Virus record (IMG/VR): IMGVR_UViG_3300030085_002431
Coordinates: 1-64,000 of that record
Length of the DNA: 64,000 nucleotides
Strand: one strand, 5' to 3'
A program made the position numbers and the translations under genes. The notes under the pieces are model-generated. The model saw only the letters and a program-made list of their open reading frames with translations. It was not told the DNA's origin and did not search any database. Below are positions 1-10,540 of this stretch, in pieces (within the stretch, counting starts at the first letter, position 1; the number at the start of each line of letters is the position of its first letter).

Positions 1-1
1 G

Positions 2-169
2 AACCTAATTGAGGCACATATGCGTCCAAATCCTGATTTTAGGCATGGAAATGTCGTTGCAATCCCAAATTGGGGTGATATTAGTCAGTATAGAGAGTGT
101 GAACTCAAGAAAGGGTACAATTATGTCGATGATCCTGACTATAAACGGAAGGGATTCTGGATAGATTAA
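2..169 (+). CDS. 3' end of a hypothetical phage protein (truncated by window edge)
   Basis: Frame 2 is open from position 2 (NLIEAHMRPNPDFRHGNVVAIPNW...GFWID) to TAA at 167-169; not in the ORF track. Confidence 0.6.
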   Translation, partial: NLIEAHMRPNPDFRHGNVVAIPNWGDISQYRECELKKGYNYVDDPDYKRKGFWID

Positions 170-172
170 ATA
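165..172 (+). promoter_or_regulatory. possible T4-type late promoter variant (ATTAAATA)
   Basis: Resembles the TATAAATA late box, overlaps the upstream stop codon and lies 4 nt before the structured leader at 177. Confidence 0.45.
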
Positions 173-176
173 ATAC

Positions 177-224
177 GGAGATAGAACCTCCCAAAAAGTT
201 CTGTTTAACCGATTGGAGAAACAG
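177..224 (+). promoter_or_regulatory. candidate structured 5' leader: H-type pseudoknot plus RBS-sequestering hairpin
   Basis: GGAG 177-180 pairs with CTCC 188-191; AGAAC 183-187 pairs with GTTCT 198-202; CTGTTT 201-206 pairs with AAACAG 219-224, enclosing GGAG 215-218. Confidence 0.5.
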
Positions 225-392
225 ATGGCTAAGTATCACGTAGACAGAGACCCTGAATACATGTATAAAATGTGGGGAACAACCTCTTTGATTACTGATT
301 ACTGGTGCAAACCTCACCCCACAACTGATAATGCAGAGGAATTTTCCGAAGCAGAAATTGATGCAATGGGGGATGAAAAAGAAAAGGGTTAA
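225..392 (+). CDS. small hypothetical protein (55 aa, MAKYHVDRDPEYMYKMWGTT...)
   Basis: ATG 225 with GGAG 7 nt upstream, stop TAA 390-392; fills the gap before gp25; below the ORF-track cutoff. Confidence 0.7.
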   Translation: MAKYHVDRDPEYMYKMWGTTSLITDYWCKPHPTTDNAEEFSEAEIDAMGDEKEKG

Positions 393-432
393 AAAACTAT
401 TATAGATAGTATATAATACTCTTGTTTTATAA

Positions 433-834
433 ATGGCAACACGGGTCTCTAGGGAATTTAGGGATATTAGTTTATCTTTTACTAAACACCCAGTAACAAA
501 TGATATTGTGGCACTTAAAAACGAAGATGCCATTAAGAGATCCGTTGTTAACTTAATACGGACACAACTTGGTGAAAGATTTTTTGAACCTATAATTGGA
601 ACTTCCTTAGAAGGTTCATTATTTGAACTATCTCATCCTGAAATTCGTATTTCATTAGAAGGTGAGATAAAAGTTTTACTTGAGAACTATGAACCACGTA
701 TTTCTACAAATAGTGTTCGAGTAGATCCATCACCAGATGACTATGAATTGAATGTAACTTTAACTTATGACATTGTTGGTCTGGCAATACCTAGACAAAA
801 CATCGAGTTTATTTTACAACCAGCTAGGATATAA
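433..834 (+). CDS. gp25: baseplate wedge protein, T4 gp25-like
   Basis: Motifs DISLSF..HPVTND, AIKRSVVNLIRT.LGERFF.P, LLENYEPRI; located directly before gp6. Confidence 0.93.
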   Translation: MATRVSREFRDISLSFTKHPVTNDIVALKNEDAIKRSVVNLIRTQLGERFFEPIIGTSLEGSLFELSHPEIRISLEGEIKVLLENYEPRISTNSVRVDPSPDDYELNVTLTYDIVGLAIPRQNIEFILQPARI

Positions 835-2723
835 TGTCGTTCAATCAATTCACAAACTTAGACTTTGACGATCTAAAGTCGCAAATTAAAGACTACCTTA
901 GGACAAACAGTAATTTTACTGATTTTGACTTTGAGGGGTCTAATTTTTCAGTATTGATTGATATTTTAGCATATAACTCTTATATTACTGCCTTCAACAC
1001 GAACATGGCAGTAAATGAGTCCTTTTTGGACAGTGCTACATTAAGAGAGAATGTGGTATCACTTGCTAGAAATATTGGATATGTTCCACGTTCAAAGAGA
1101 GCATCAAAGGCAAGAGTTAGTTTTACCGTTGACACTGCTGGATTCTTAGATGTTAGGTCAGTAACTCTAAAAGCAGGTGTAGTTGCACTTGGTGCAATGG
1201 TTTCTGGCAGTTATGTATTTTCAATTCCAGAAGATATCACGGTCCCTGTTGATGCTAATGGAATTGGAACGTTTGAAAATATTGATATTCTTGAGGGAAC
1301 ATACCTCACTAAAAACTTCACCATGGATGACTCTCAACCAACTCAGAGATTTATCATTCCAAACGATAATGTAGATTCCACAACAATTCGTACATTTGTT
1401 AGTGACTTGAGAAACGAAGAGTATACATTATACTCAAATATTTTAAACCTAGACGAAACATCAAAAATTTTCCTCATCCAAGAGGTTGAAGATGAGCAAT
1501 ATGAACTTGTTTTTGGTGATAATGTCTTTGGTAAAAAACCAACTACAGGAAGTTCTATATTTGTAAGTTATATTATAACTAATGGTAAAGATGGCAATGG
1601 TGTTGCCAACTTTACTTTCTCTGGAATCATAGAAGATAATAATCAGAATAGAATTACTACTGGTATTTCTAGAGTTTCAACAATTCAGTCATCTGAAAAT
1701 GGTGATGATATTGAAAAAATTGATAGTATTAAGTACCTTGCACCTAGGGTTTATTCCTCCCAGTACAGGGCAGTAACAGCAAATGACTATAAGGGTCTAA
1801 TACCCACGATTTTCCCCAATGTAGAGGCAGTGAGTGCCTATGGAGGAGATGAATTAGACCCACCAGAATATGGAAAAGTATTCATTTCAATCAAACCTAG
1901 ACAAGGTAAGTTCTTATCTAGAGTTACAAAAGAACAAATCAAAAAAGACTTGAAACAATATACAATCGCAGGAATTAAACCAGAGATTGTTGACTTGAAA
2001 TACTTGTTTGTTGAACTTAATACTAGTGTTTATTACAACAGAAGTTCTATAGCAGATGTTACTGCACTTAGGAATCAAGTAATTTCTACTTTAGATTCTT
2101 ATGGAAAGTCATTTGACCTTAATAACTTTGGTGGAAGATTTAAGTATAGTAAAGTAGTTGCATTGATTGATGATATTAATCCAGCAATTACATCAAACAT
2201 CACCACATTAAAAATTAGACGTGATTTAGCACCAGCTTTTAATTCTGCTGCTACTTATGAAATTTGTTTTGGTAATGCATTCCATGTTAAGAAGAAAAAT
2301 GATGCAGATAACCGTGGATATAACATAAAATCGACTGGATTTAGAATTAATGGAGTCGATGGAATAGTTTACATGAGTGATGTTCCAATCGATTCGGAAA
2401 AAGGTTCTATTTTCTTCTTTACTCTAGTCGATAATGTTCCATTTATTATTAAAAACAATGCAGGTGTTGTATATTACAGAAAAGGTGAAATCTTATTAGA
2501 TACCGTTACTATCATATCTACACAAAGTCCTAATGGAATTGAAATTGAGGCAATACCTGACTCAAATGATGTCATTGCGTTGAAAGATATATACTTAGAC
2601 CTAAGTATGGAGAAACTAGTCGTCAACATGGTTGAGGATAAGATTTCTTCTGGAGAAAATACTTCCGCAACAGAGTACATTGTAACTTCAAGCTACGCAA
2701 ACGGAACAGTATATACAAGATAA
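834..2723 (+). CDS. gp6: baseplate wedge subunit, T4 gp6-like
   Basis: N-terminal LDFDDLKSQIKDYLR..NFTDFDFEGSNFSVLIDILAYN, ESFLDSATLRENVVSLARNIGYVPRS, QYRAVTANDY. Confidence 0.95.
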   Translation: MSFNQFTNLDFDDLKSQIKDYLRTNSNFTDFDFEGSNFSVLIDILAYNSYITAFNTNMAVNESFLDSATLRENVVSLARNIGYVPRSKRASKARVSFTVDTAGFLDVRSVTLKAGVVALGAMVSGSYVFSIPEDITVPVDANGIGTFENIDILEGTYLTKNFTMDDSQPTQRFIIPNDNVDSTTIRTFVSDLRNEEYTLYSNILNLDETSKIFLIQEVEDEQYELVFGDNVFGKKPTTGSSIFVSYIITNGKDGNGVANFTFSGIIEDNNQNRITTGISRVSTIQSSENGDDIEKIDSIKYLAPRVYSSQYRAVTANDYKGLIPTIFPNVEAVSAYGGDELDPPEYGKVFISIKPRQGKFLSRVTKEQIKKDLKQYTIAGIKPEIVDLKYLFVELNTSVYYNRSSIADVTALRNQVISTLDSYGKSFDLNNFGGRFKYSKVVALIDDINPAITSNITTLKIRRDLAPAFNSAATYEICFGNAFHVKKKNDADNRGYNIKSTGFRINGVDGIVYMSDVPIDSEKGSIFFFTLVDNVPFIIKNNAGVVYYRKGEILLDTVTIISTQSPNGIEIEAIPDSNDVIALKDIYLDLSMEKLVVNMVEDKISSGENTSATEYIVTSSYANGTVYTR

Positions 2724-2724
2724 A

Positions 2725-5700
2725 ATGTCAGATACTAGAGTAACGATTCAAAATATTATTCAGACTCAAATTCCTGAGTTTCTGAATGAAGAATCCCCAC
2801 TGTTTAAAGAGTTCTTAGATGCATACTATGTATCTCAAGAACATAAAACTGGTACAGTAGAACTTGCTAGTGATTTAAGTTCTTTAAAGGACCTTAAAAA
2901 ATACAATAATGAGTTATTTGCATCAGCTTTTGTACCAACACTTCTTGTAGCAGATGTAACTGCGTTTGACACTGATATAGCAGTTAGTCATACTATTGGT
3001 TTTCCTGATAGGGATGGTCTCATCAAAATTGATAATGAAATCATCTATTATAAGAATAAATCATCGCAAGGATTTAGTGGTTGCTCTAGAGCATTTAGTG
3101 CTATCACCTCAATTTTAGAAAATACTACTTCAAATTATACCGAGACTGAGATTGCTCCACACTCTGCAGGAGCTCGAGTTGCTAATCTTTCTTTAGTTTT
3201 TTACGGTGAGTTATTTAAAAAATTCAAATCACAATTTTTACCTGGATTTGAAGAAAGACAATTTATCCCACAGGTTGAAATAACAAATGTTCTGTCTAGA
3301 GCAGTTGATTTCTATACTTCAAAAGGAACAGATACATCTTTTAAACTTTTATTCAGAGCATTATATGGTGAACCAGTAGAAGTTATTAAACCTCAAGAAT
3401 ATCTTTTAAGACCATCAGACGATAGTTTCTTTGTAACAAAAAATATTCTTGTAGAAAAAATTTCTGGTTCAGATCCATTAAAGTTGAATGGGGAAACTGT
3501 CTTTCAAGAAACGGGTAATGTTGAGGAATCATCTGCAGCAATTTATCTTGTAGAGTATAGACCTGTTGATGGAAAAGACTTATATGAGATTTCTTTTGAT
3601 AGTTCTTCTTTCCTGTATAGTTTCAATACTACGAAGAAATCAAATGTTTCTAAGAAAGTAATATCTGGGTCTACAACAATTAATGTTGATTCTACAGTTG
3701 GATTTGCAAATAGTGGAACTTTAAAAGTTTCTAATGGTTCCGTATTATATGATGTAACTTATACTGAAAGAACAAATACACAATTTTTAGGTTGTTCTGG
3801 GATTGTAACTGATATTGAATTTGGAAGTGAGGTATTAGAATCAAATTTTGCTTATGCATATGATAAGGATGGGGAAAAAGTAGAGTTTCGTATAATTAAT
3901 GTTATTGGAAATATTGATTTTTCTAATACATCTAATTTATTGGAAGAGGATAAAATTACACTATCTTCTTTTGGTGCAGAATTATCTGAAAAATCTGAGT
4001 TTAATAGTTGGATTTACAATAATGTAACCAATCACCAAATCAAATCCATAGTCCTTGGAAATGACCCAAATGGTACTAGATATAGAATTGAATTTTTTGA
4101 TAATATTAATTTCTTTCTTGACCAGGAAGTCACCCTTAAGAATTTAAAAATAGCTTCAGATAGTGGATTATCTGCCACGGTAGAAAACTTGATTTCTGAT
4201 ACTATTATTGAAGTTCAATGCAATCAAAATTGTCTTGATAAAGATACTCTAACCACAGATTTGATGACTGGTAAGAGTGATCAAAATAAAACACCATCTG
4301 TTTCTGACATTCCAATTTCTATTCAGAATACCTATATTGATGATAAGTATGAAAACTTCTATGTCGCAGCATCTGGCCTTCCAAACTATCCCCTGTATGC
4401 AAAAGAACAAATCATCAATACTTCTACTCAAGTTAGTGTGGGTAATACTAATACCCTAGATACTGATGTTGTTCATAAGTTTTTCACAGGTGAGAAGATA
4501 TACTACAGCCCATCTACAAATTCTGGCATCGGCACTGGAATTTACTATGTCACTACAGTTGGTGATATCAAAGATAGTAAGAAAATAAAGTTATCTTTAA
4601 GTAAGAGTGATTTATTCTCAAAAAAATACATAACTTTTAAGAATATTTCTGGTGATTCTTTTGTAAAATTAGATTATGAGAATAAAGTAGTTGAGAATCA
4701 AAAACTCTTTAAGAAATTTAATTATATCAAAGGTGATTCTTCACTGAGGGAAGTTGCAGATAGAACAACTAACAATAGACAAATTGGATTACTTGCAAAT
4801 GGTATAGAACTTTATTCACCATCTCTTTTTGATGAAAATATTTACTATGGAAAGTTACAGTCAATTCTAGTAACTAATCCTGGAAAAAATTATGATGTAA
4901 TCAATCCACCAGAACTTGAAATTAAAGATGTCTCTGGTAGTGGTGCATCTGGTTATTTGAATATTAGTGGTGGACTAAGACAAGTTAAAATTATTACTCC
5001 AGGAATTGGATACCAAACAAAACCAAAAATTACTCTTATTGGTGGTAATGGTCGTGGTGCTGTTGTTGAACCAAACTTAGTTAAATCTCAAATTACTTCT
5101 GGTTTCCAGGGTGATGGAAATGGAGTTAATCCAACCACCGATATAATTACATTCATCAATAAGCATAACTTTGATAATGGTGAGCAAGTTTCATATATCA
5201 CTAATGGTAATTCAGAATTAAAACCATTTAAAGAAGATTCTGTATATTTTGTTGGAGTTGAAGATTCAAAATCAATTAAGTTGTATGATAAAGAGTCTGA
5301 TGCTCTTCAAAAAGTCAACCCAGTAAATATTGTTGGCATTAGTTCTGGATTCCATTCATTTAAAACTTTGGAATCCAAGAATACAATTACAAGACTGTAT
5401 GTAAATAGCACTGGTTCTGGATATTCAAATAAACTTATTAAGATTCCATCTCTGATTGCATATGATGGAACTAATAATGGTGTTAATACTTGGGATTACT
5501 ATATCTATGCAGCAGACCACCAATTTAATAATAGGGATATTGTAAGGTATCGTACTACTGGTTCGGAAATTGCTGGATTATCTACAACAAAAGAATATGT
5601 TGTAACTGTTCTTGATAACAATAAATTTAAATTATCCGATATAGGTGGTGAGGATGAAACATTCGATAAAAACTATCGACTAAAAAAATATATTGATTTA

Positions 5701-8700
5701 TCTAGTGTTGGAGTTGGAACGCATACATTTGCATATCCACCAATTAGATTGAAAGTAGAAACATTATCTGGTATTGGTGCTACAACTGTTATTGAACCAG
5801 AATTTGAACCAATTGTTCTTGGTTCTATTGATAGTGTGTTTGTTGAATCTCCTGGAGTTGGATATGGAGTTTCTGATGTTATTAACTTCCACAGAAGACC
5901 TGATATTCAAATTAAAGATATAAAATCGGAGGCACTATTAAGACCAATTGTAGTAAATGGTGCTATTGTTGATGTACAGTTTTTAACATTTGGTTCTGGA
6001 TACGAAAAAGGTATTGATTTAATAGTAACTGGAGAAGGAACCTTTGCTGACCTAAGACCTACTGTAGACGATAATGGAAGAATAGTTGCTGTAAACATAG
6101 CAAATGGTGGTATTGGATATAAACCAGAATCTACTGAAATTACCGTATCTAGAAGAGGAGTAGATGCAAAATTCTTAGGTGATGTATATGAATGGAAAAT
6201 TAATCAGGCAGAAAAGCATAAGGAACTTTTATCTGACAATAGGGATGAGGCAATTATTGTTCCAAGTAAAGTAAAGGAATTTGGTTTACATCCAGTAAAT
6301 TTCTATACTCCAAAACTTCTTAGAAGAACATTAAAAGACCATATTGATGATGCGAATAGAGAAGTAGCAGATAATAGTCACTCACCAATCGTTGGATGGG
6401 CATATGATGGAAATCCAATTTATGGTCCTTATGGTTTAGTTGGATCATCAATTCAGAAAATTAGGTCTAGTTATGGAAAACAAGCAGAACCAAATTCTGC
6501 ATTAAGACCATCTACATTCCCAGAAGGATTTTTCCTAAATGATTTTTACTTTGACCGAGCAATCGGTGATTTGGATGAATTTAATGGAAGATTCTGCGTA
6601 ACTCCAGAATATCCTGATGGCATTTATGCTTACTTTACAACAATTGATAATAGTGCAATTTCTAAACCAGAGTATCCATATGTTGTTGGTCAATTTTTCA
6701 GAGATTTTGTAATTCCTAGAAACTATGAACCTAATTTTAATCAAACTATTGACATTAGTAGATTAAATTTAATTAGAAATACTTCACCATATTACTTAAA
6801 TTCAAATACATCAACATATGATTTGATATTAAAGTCTGATGAAAAATATAAGCAAGAGTTCACTGTATCTAAAACTTTAAAGTCAGGAATTGACAATATT
6901 GGAGTATATGCTTCTGGAGAAGGTTATAAAGTTGGTGATAATGTTGTATTTAATAATGTAGGAACTGATGGTACAGGTGTTTCTGCAGCCGTTTCTAGAA
7001 TCAAAGGCAAGAGTATTAATACAATTAAAGTTGGTGTAACTACTCAAACTGATGTTCAACTGTTTTCTAAGGGAAATAATATAATTGGTATTACAAGAGA
7101 ACCTCATGGATATGTTACAGGTGAAGTTATTAATGTAAGTTCGATTTCAGATGCAAAATACTCCGAGTTAGAGGGTTCTAGAGAAATATTTGTACAACAA
7201 AAAACTTCTAATCTCATTGAAGACATTGATGTTGTATCTGCAACAGGTTTAACAACAGCAATCACAGTTGGGGATACATTTGGATTTAAAGTAAGTGATT
7301 ATATTCAAATTGGAGACACAGAGAGGGCACAAATTGTAAGGATTGATGAAACAAATTCTCAGTTTATTGTAAATAGACTCACAAATACTGGTATCCATAC
7401 TGTGGGTATATCCAGCATTAAGCTCTTGCCTACAGAGTTTAGATATGGAGTTGACAAAATATCATCTCAGATAACAGTCAATGAGCAGTATTATTTTGAT
7501 TCAAAGACACTTATTGGATTTGGAACAAATATTAATAATTACACCCTTTCAGATAATAGTAATTTATCTGTTCCTGCTGGTGGTATTTACATTCCAAATC
7601 ATAATATAAGGACAGGTCAAAAATTGAAGTACCACACTGGTTTTGGTGGAACTTCAATTTATGTTGGTCAAACTGTAAGTTCTACTTTGCCTTTAGCAGA
7701 TGGATCGGATGTTTATGCAGTAAATCTTGGTGTTAATTTTATTGGTCTATCTACTTCACCATCAGTAGTAACTCCTCTAGTTATTGTAGACCAAGCAACA
7801 GTAACTGGGTCTGCACATTCATTGTCAGTCAATTTTTCTGATGTTACTGCAGTAGTAGAGCAGTTTGGTCTTGATGTTGTTACAAATAAACCACATAATT
7901 TAAAAAATACAGAGAAAGTTAAATTCAACTTATTACCAAGATTGACAGATAACTTTGTGATTAGATATGACACAAAACTTAGAAAATTAACTTCTGAAAA
8001 AATTAGTTTTGATGCATCTCAAGTAGGTGTAAATGTTTCAACAAATGAAATTCACTTACCAGATAATACTTTAAACACTGGTGATAAAGTTGTTTATTAT
8101 GTTGGTTCTGGTACTACTATTGGTGGTTTAATTGATAATGAAACATATTTTGTAATCAAAGAAAAACCTGATTTTATTAGACTTTCCGAATTCTTAGTAA
8201 ATGCAAATGAAGGTGTTGGAATTGCCATAACTTCACAAGGAAGTGGAACTCAACATATTGCAAGAATCAATCCACCATTAACAGGAACACAGCAAAATAT
8301 TGTTAAGTTTGACTTATCTGATCCTAGTCTGACTGGAATGGATATGAGAGTATTTAAGGACAGCAGTCTTTCAATTGAGCTTGAATCTTACAGATATAGA
8401 AGAAATTCTATTGAAGCAGGTCTTCCTGATGCAGAACTACAGATAGATACTTCCGAAGAATTTATTGGAAATACACTATTCTATAACATTATACCACTCG
8501 CACCAAATGTTGTTGAGAAAAAACAATCATCAGTTGACACTGAAGTTGTTGGTAATAATAAGATAATCCTTAAACCAAGTATTTTTAATCAACAGTATTC
8601 TATTGTTTCTATTGGAACGACAACATTTAAGTTTAATTTAAAGTCCAAACCAGAATACTTTGACTACAGTGTTAATAGTGGAGTTAGTACAATTTTCTAT

Positions 8701-10509
8701 GATACTGACTCTACCACTACAGATGGTCCAATCTCCGAAGTTAAGATTAACTTTGATGGAAGAGGATATAGCAAACTTCCAAAAATTGAACGAATTGATA
8801 GTGAATATGGTACAGATGCTGTTCTTAAAGCATCATCAGAAACAATCGGTAAAATTGATTCTATTGATAGAGTTAAGGATGGTTTTGACTATCCAACTGA
8901 TCCAACTTTAAGACCTGTTCTTAGTGTTCCTTCAGTATGCCAGATAAAAGACATAGCAAGAGTTGATAGTATTGGCATTACTACTGGAGGTAAAGGATAC
9001 CATGTTGCACCAACACTAAAAGTCATTGGAAATGATGATATTGAACTTCTAGCTTTTATTCAAGGTGGTTCTGTTGTAGATGTTTCTGTAGTTGAAAATA
9101 CTCAAAATCTCAATGGACCTTTAAAGATAGTTGCTACAAGAAACTCTAATGGATATGATATTGATGACATCGTATATAATTCTGGCACAAATGAAGTTAC
9201 CTTAGAACTTGTAAATGCAGATAGTCAAATATATCCATTAAGTGGAGAGTTTCCATTCAAGGTTGGTGATAGTATTTTTGTTGAGAATACAAGAATTTCT
9301 GATGCTGATACAAAGAATGGTTACAATTCTGAGGATTATAACTATAGATTCTTTACTGTAACTGGAATTAATGAAACTAATTTTACAGTTACATACAGCA
9401 TGGATGGATTTGGAACAAATCTTGGCGAGTATAATACTGATATCAACTATGGTTACGTAATCAACAAAAATGATATTGCAACATTCAAAATGAATATTGC
9501 AGATGACCTTGGTTATTTTTCTAATGAGAACGTTATTGGATATAACTCACTTAACCAGCAAGTGTTTAGTGCTAAGGTTATGGAGAGTGGTTGGAATAAT
9601 GATGTAAACCAATTAAGACTTATTGATAGTGAAGGTGAATTGAGTGTTGGTGATAAGTTACTTGGAACAAGGTCAAGACTTTTTGGTACTATCGAAAATG
9701 TATCTCAATTTAATCTAATTTCATCTCTCCACACTACAAGAGAGAAAATTAATTACCTTAATGACAATGCAGGTTATCTAAATGACTATCAGCAAAGAAT
9801 TGCCGATAATAATTATTATCAAAAATTCTCGTACTCTCTAAAATCAAAACTTTCATATGATAATTGGAAAGAATCTGTAAGGTCTCTTGTTCATCCAGCA
9901 GGATTTAAGGAGTTCTCGGATTTAGATATCATTTCTAATACAGTATCCACCAATCAAAATATGAAGGTTGGTGTTGGTGATTCCTCTTTAAATATTTTAA
10001 TTAATGTAGATAATGTCAGTTCAATGTATGGAAGATTCAACTTCTCTATGGTAACTGAAGATGAACTTCTTCCAAATGGTACTATTGAAAGAATCTTCTT
10101 CCCAGATGGTGTTAATTTAAGACCATATATTCTTAATAAAACTAATAAAGTTCTTAAGATTGACGATATTAGTAGTAATTTCACAGGATTTACTACAACC
10201 ACAGGAGGACAAATTGTTGGTCTAACTACATTCTCTCTTAAAAACAAGGGATTCCCACTATTCTATAGAGAGTTTGACAGTACAGTAGAGAAAAATTTTA
10301 CATTATCTGATGATAGGTTTACTTTTGAGAACCATAACTTCCAGTCTGGACAGCAACTTGAATACAAGATTAGGGAATCTATTAAACCAGCATCTGGAGC
10401 AGCAACCACAGTAGTTGAAAATAATTTTTCATATCCTACAGTTTCTACTACACTTGATAGTCCAATTGATGGTTTTGATTCTATTGCTAGAACCTTCGAT
10501 GCAAATTAA
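2725..10509 (+). CDS. gp7: large baseplate wedge initiator, gp7-like, with YHYH-like domain and repeated HxFxxGxxVxY beta-modules
   Basis: Follows gp6. N-terminal QTQIPEFLNEESPLFKEFLDAYY, FYTSKGTDTSFKLLFRALYG; internal HSPIVGWAYDGNPIYGPYG...DLDEFNGRFCVTPEYPDG; C-terminal YYQKFSYSLKS...VHPAGFKEF. Confidence 0.85.
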   Translation: MSDTRVTIQNIIQTQIPEFLNEESPLFKEFLDAYYVSQEHKTGTVELASDLSSLKDLKKYNNELFASAFVPTLLVADVTAFDTDIAVSHTIGFPDRDGLIKIDNEIIYYKNKSSQGFSGCSRAFSAITSILENTTSNYTETEIAPHSAGARVANLSLVFYGELFKKFKSQFLPGFEERQFIPQVEITNVLSRAVDFYTSKGTDTSFKLLFRALYGEPVEVIKPQEYLLRPSDDSFFVTKNILVEKISGSDPLKLNGETVFQETGNVEESSAAIYLVEYRPVDGKDLYEISFDSSSFLYSFNTTKKSNVSKKVISGSTTINVDSTVGFANSGTLKVSNGSVLYDVTYTERTNTQFLGCSGIVTDIEFGSEVLESNFAYAYDKDGEKVEFRIINVIGNIDFSNTSNLLEEDKITLSSFGAELSEKSEFNSWIYNNVTNHQIKSIVLGNDPNGTRYRIEFFDNINFFLDQEVTLKNLKIASDSGLSATVENLISDTIIEVQCNQNCLDKDTLTTDLMTGKSDQNKTPSVSDIPISIQNTYIDDKYENFYVAASGLPNYPLYAKEQIINTSTQVSVGNTNTLDTDVVHKFFTGEKIYYSPSTNSGIGTGIYYVTTVGDIKDSKKIKLSLSKSDLFSKKYITFKNISGDSFVKLDYENKVVENQKLFKKFNYIKGDSSLREVADRTTNNRQIGLLANGIELYSPSLFDENIYYGKLQSILVTNPGKNYDVINPPELEIKDVSGSGASGYLNISGGLRQVKIITPGIGYQTKPKITLIGGNGRGAVVEPNLVKSQITSGFQGDGNGVNPTTDIITFINKHNFDNGEQVSYITNGNSELKPFKEDSVYFVGVEDSKSIKLYDKESDALQKVNPVNIVGISSGFHSFKTLESKNTITRLYVNSTGSGYSNKLIKIPSLIAYDGTNNGVNTWDYYIYAADHQFNNRDIVRYRTTGSEIAGLSTTKEYVVTVLDNNKFKLSDIGGEDETFDKNYRLKKYIDLSSVGVGTHTFAYPPIRLKVETLSGIGATTVIEPEFEPIVLGSIDSVFVESPGVGYGVSDVINFHRRPDIQIKDIKSEALLRPIVVNGAIVDVQFLTFGSGYEKGIDLIVTGEGTFADLRPTVDDNGRIVAVNIANGGIGYKPESTEITVSRRGVDAKFLGDVYEWKINQAEKHKELLSDNRDEAIIVPSKVKEFGLHPVNFYTPKLLRRTLKDHIDDANREVADNSHSPIVGWAYDGNPIYGPYGLVGSSIQKIRSSYGKQAEPNSALRPSTFPEGFFLNDFYFDRAIGDLDEFNGRFCVTPEYPDGIYAYFTTIDNSAISKPEYPYVVGQFFRDFVIPRNYEPNFNQTIDISRLNLIRNTSPYYLNSNTSTYDLILKSDEKYKQEFTVSKTLKSGIDNIGVYASGEGYKVGDNVVFNNVGTDGTGVSAAVSRIKGKSINTIKVGVTTQTDVQLFSKGNNIIGITREPHGYVTGEVINVSSISDAKYSELEGSREIFVQQKTSNLIEDIDVVSATGLTTAITVGDTFGFKVSDYIQIGDTERAQIVRIDETNSQFIVNRLTNTGIHTVGISSIKLLPTEFRYGVDKISSQITVNEQYYFDSKTLIGFGTNINNYTLSDNSNLSVPAGGIYIPNHNIRTGQKLKYHTGFGGTSIYVGQTVSSTLPLADGSDVYAVNLGVNFIGLSTSPSVVTPLVIVDQATVTGSAHSLSVNFSDVTAVVEQFGLDVVTNKPHNLKNTEKVKFNLLPRLTDNFVIRYDTKLRKLTSEKISFDASQVGVNVSTNEIHLPDNTLNTGDKVVYYVGSGTTIGGLIDNETYFVIKEKPDFIRLSEFLVNANEGVGIAITSQGSGTQHIARINPPLTGTQQNIVKFDLSDPSLTGMDMRVFKDSSLSIELESYRYRRNSIEAGLPDAELQIDTSEEFIGNTLFYNIIPLAPNVVEKKQSSVDTEVVGNNKIILKPSIFNQQYSIVSIGTTTFKFNLKSKPEYFDYSVNSGVSTIFYDTDSTTTDGPISEVKINFDGRGYSKLPKIERIDSEYGTDAVLKASSETIGKIDSIDRVKDGFDYPTDPTLRPVLSVPSVCQIKDIARVDSIGITTGGKGYHVAPTLKVIGNDDIELLAFIQGGSVVDVSVVENTQNLNGPLKIVATRNSNGYDIDDIVYNSGTNEVTLELVNADSQIYPLSGEFPFKVGDSIFVENTRISDADTKNGYNSEDYNYRFFTVTGINETNFTVTYSMDGFGTNLGEYNTDINYGYVINKNDIATFKMNIADDLGYFSNENVIGYNSLNQQVFSAKVMESGWNNDVNQLRLIDSEGELSVGDKLLGTRSRLFGTIENVSQFNLISSLHTTREKINYLNDNAGYLNDYQQRIADNNYYQKFSYSLKSKLSYDNWKESVRSLVHPAGFKEFSDLDIISNTVSTNQNMKVGVGDSSLNILINVDNVSSMYGRFNFSMVTEDELLPNGTIERIFFPDGVNLRPYILNKTNKVLKIDDISSNFTGFTTTTGGQIVGLTTFSLKNKGFPLFYREFDSTVEKNFTLSDDRFTFENHNFQSGQQLEYKIRESIKPASGAATTVVENNFSYPTVSTTLDSPIDGFDSIARTFDAN

Positions 10510-10511
10510 CA

Positions 10512-10519
10512 GATAAATA
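10512..10519 (+). promoter_or_regulatory. T4-type late promoter (GATAAATA)
   Basis: Intergenic, 21 nt upstream of ATG 10541. Confidence 0.75.
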
Positions 10520-10540
10520 AAAGAAAAAGTATCTTGTGCA

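Noticed and set aside
177-203. Resemblance of GGAG-AU-AGAAC-CUCC to the fluoride or preQ1-I riboswitch core
   Set aside because: It lacks the intervening hairpin and conserved downstream nucleotides of the fluoride aptamer and the preQ1 loop consensus. Kept only as an unassigned pseudoknot.
105-533. 142-aa minus-strand ORF and the many other 60-140-aa antisense or alternate-frame ORFs in the track
   Set aside because: They overlap well-supported + strand genes and carry no recognisable motifs or expression signals.
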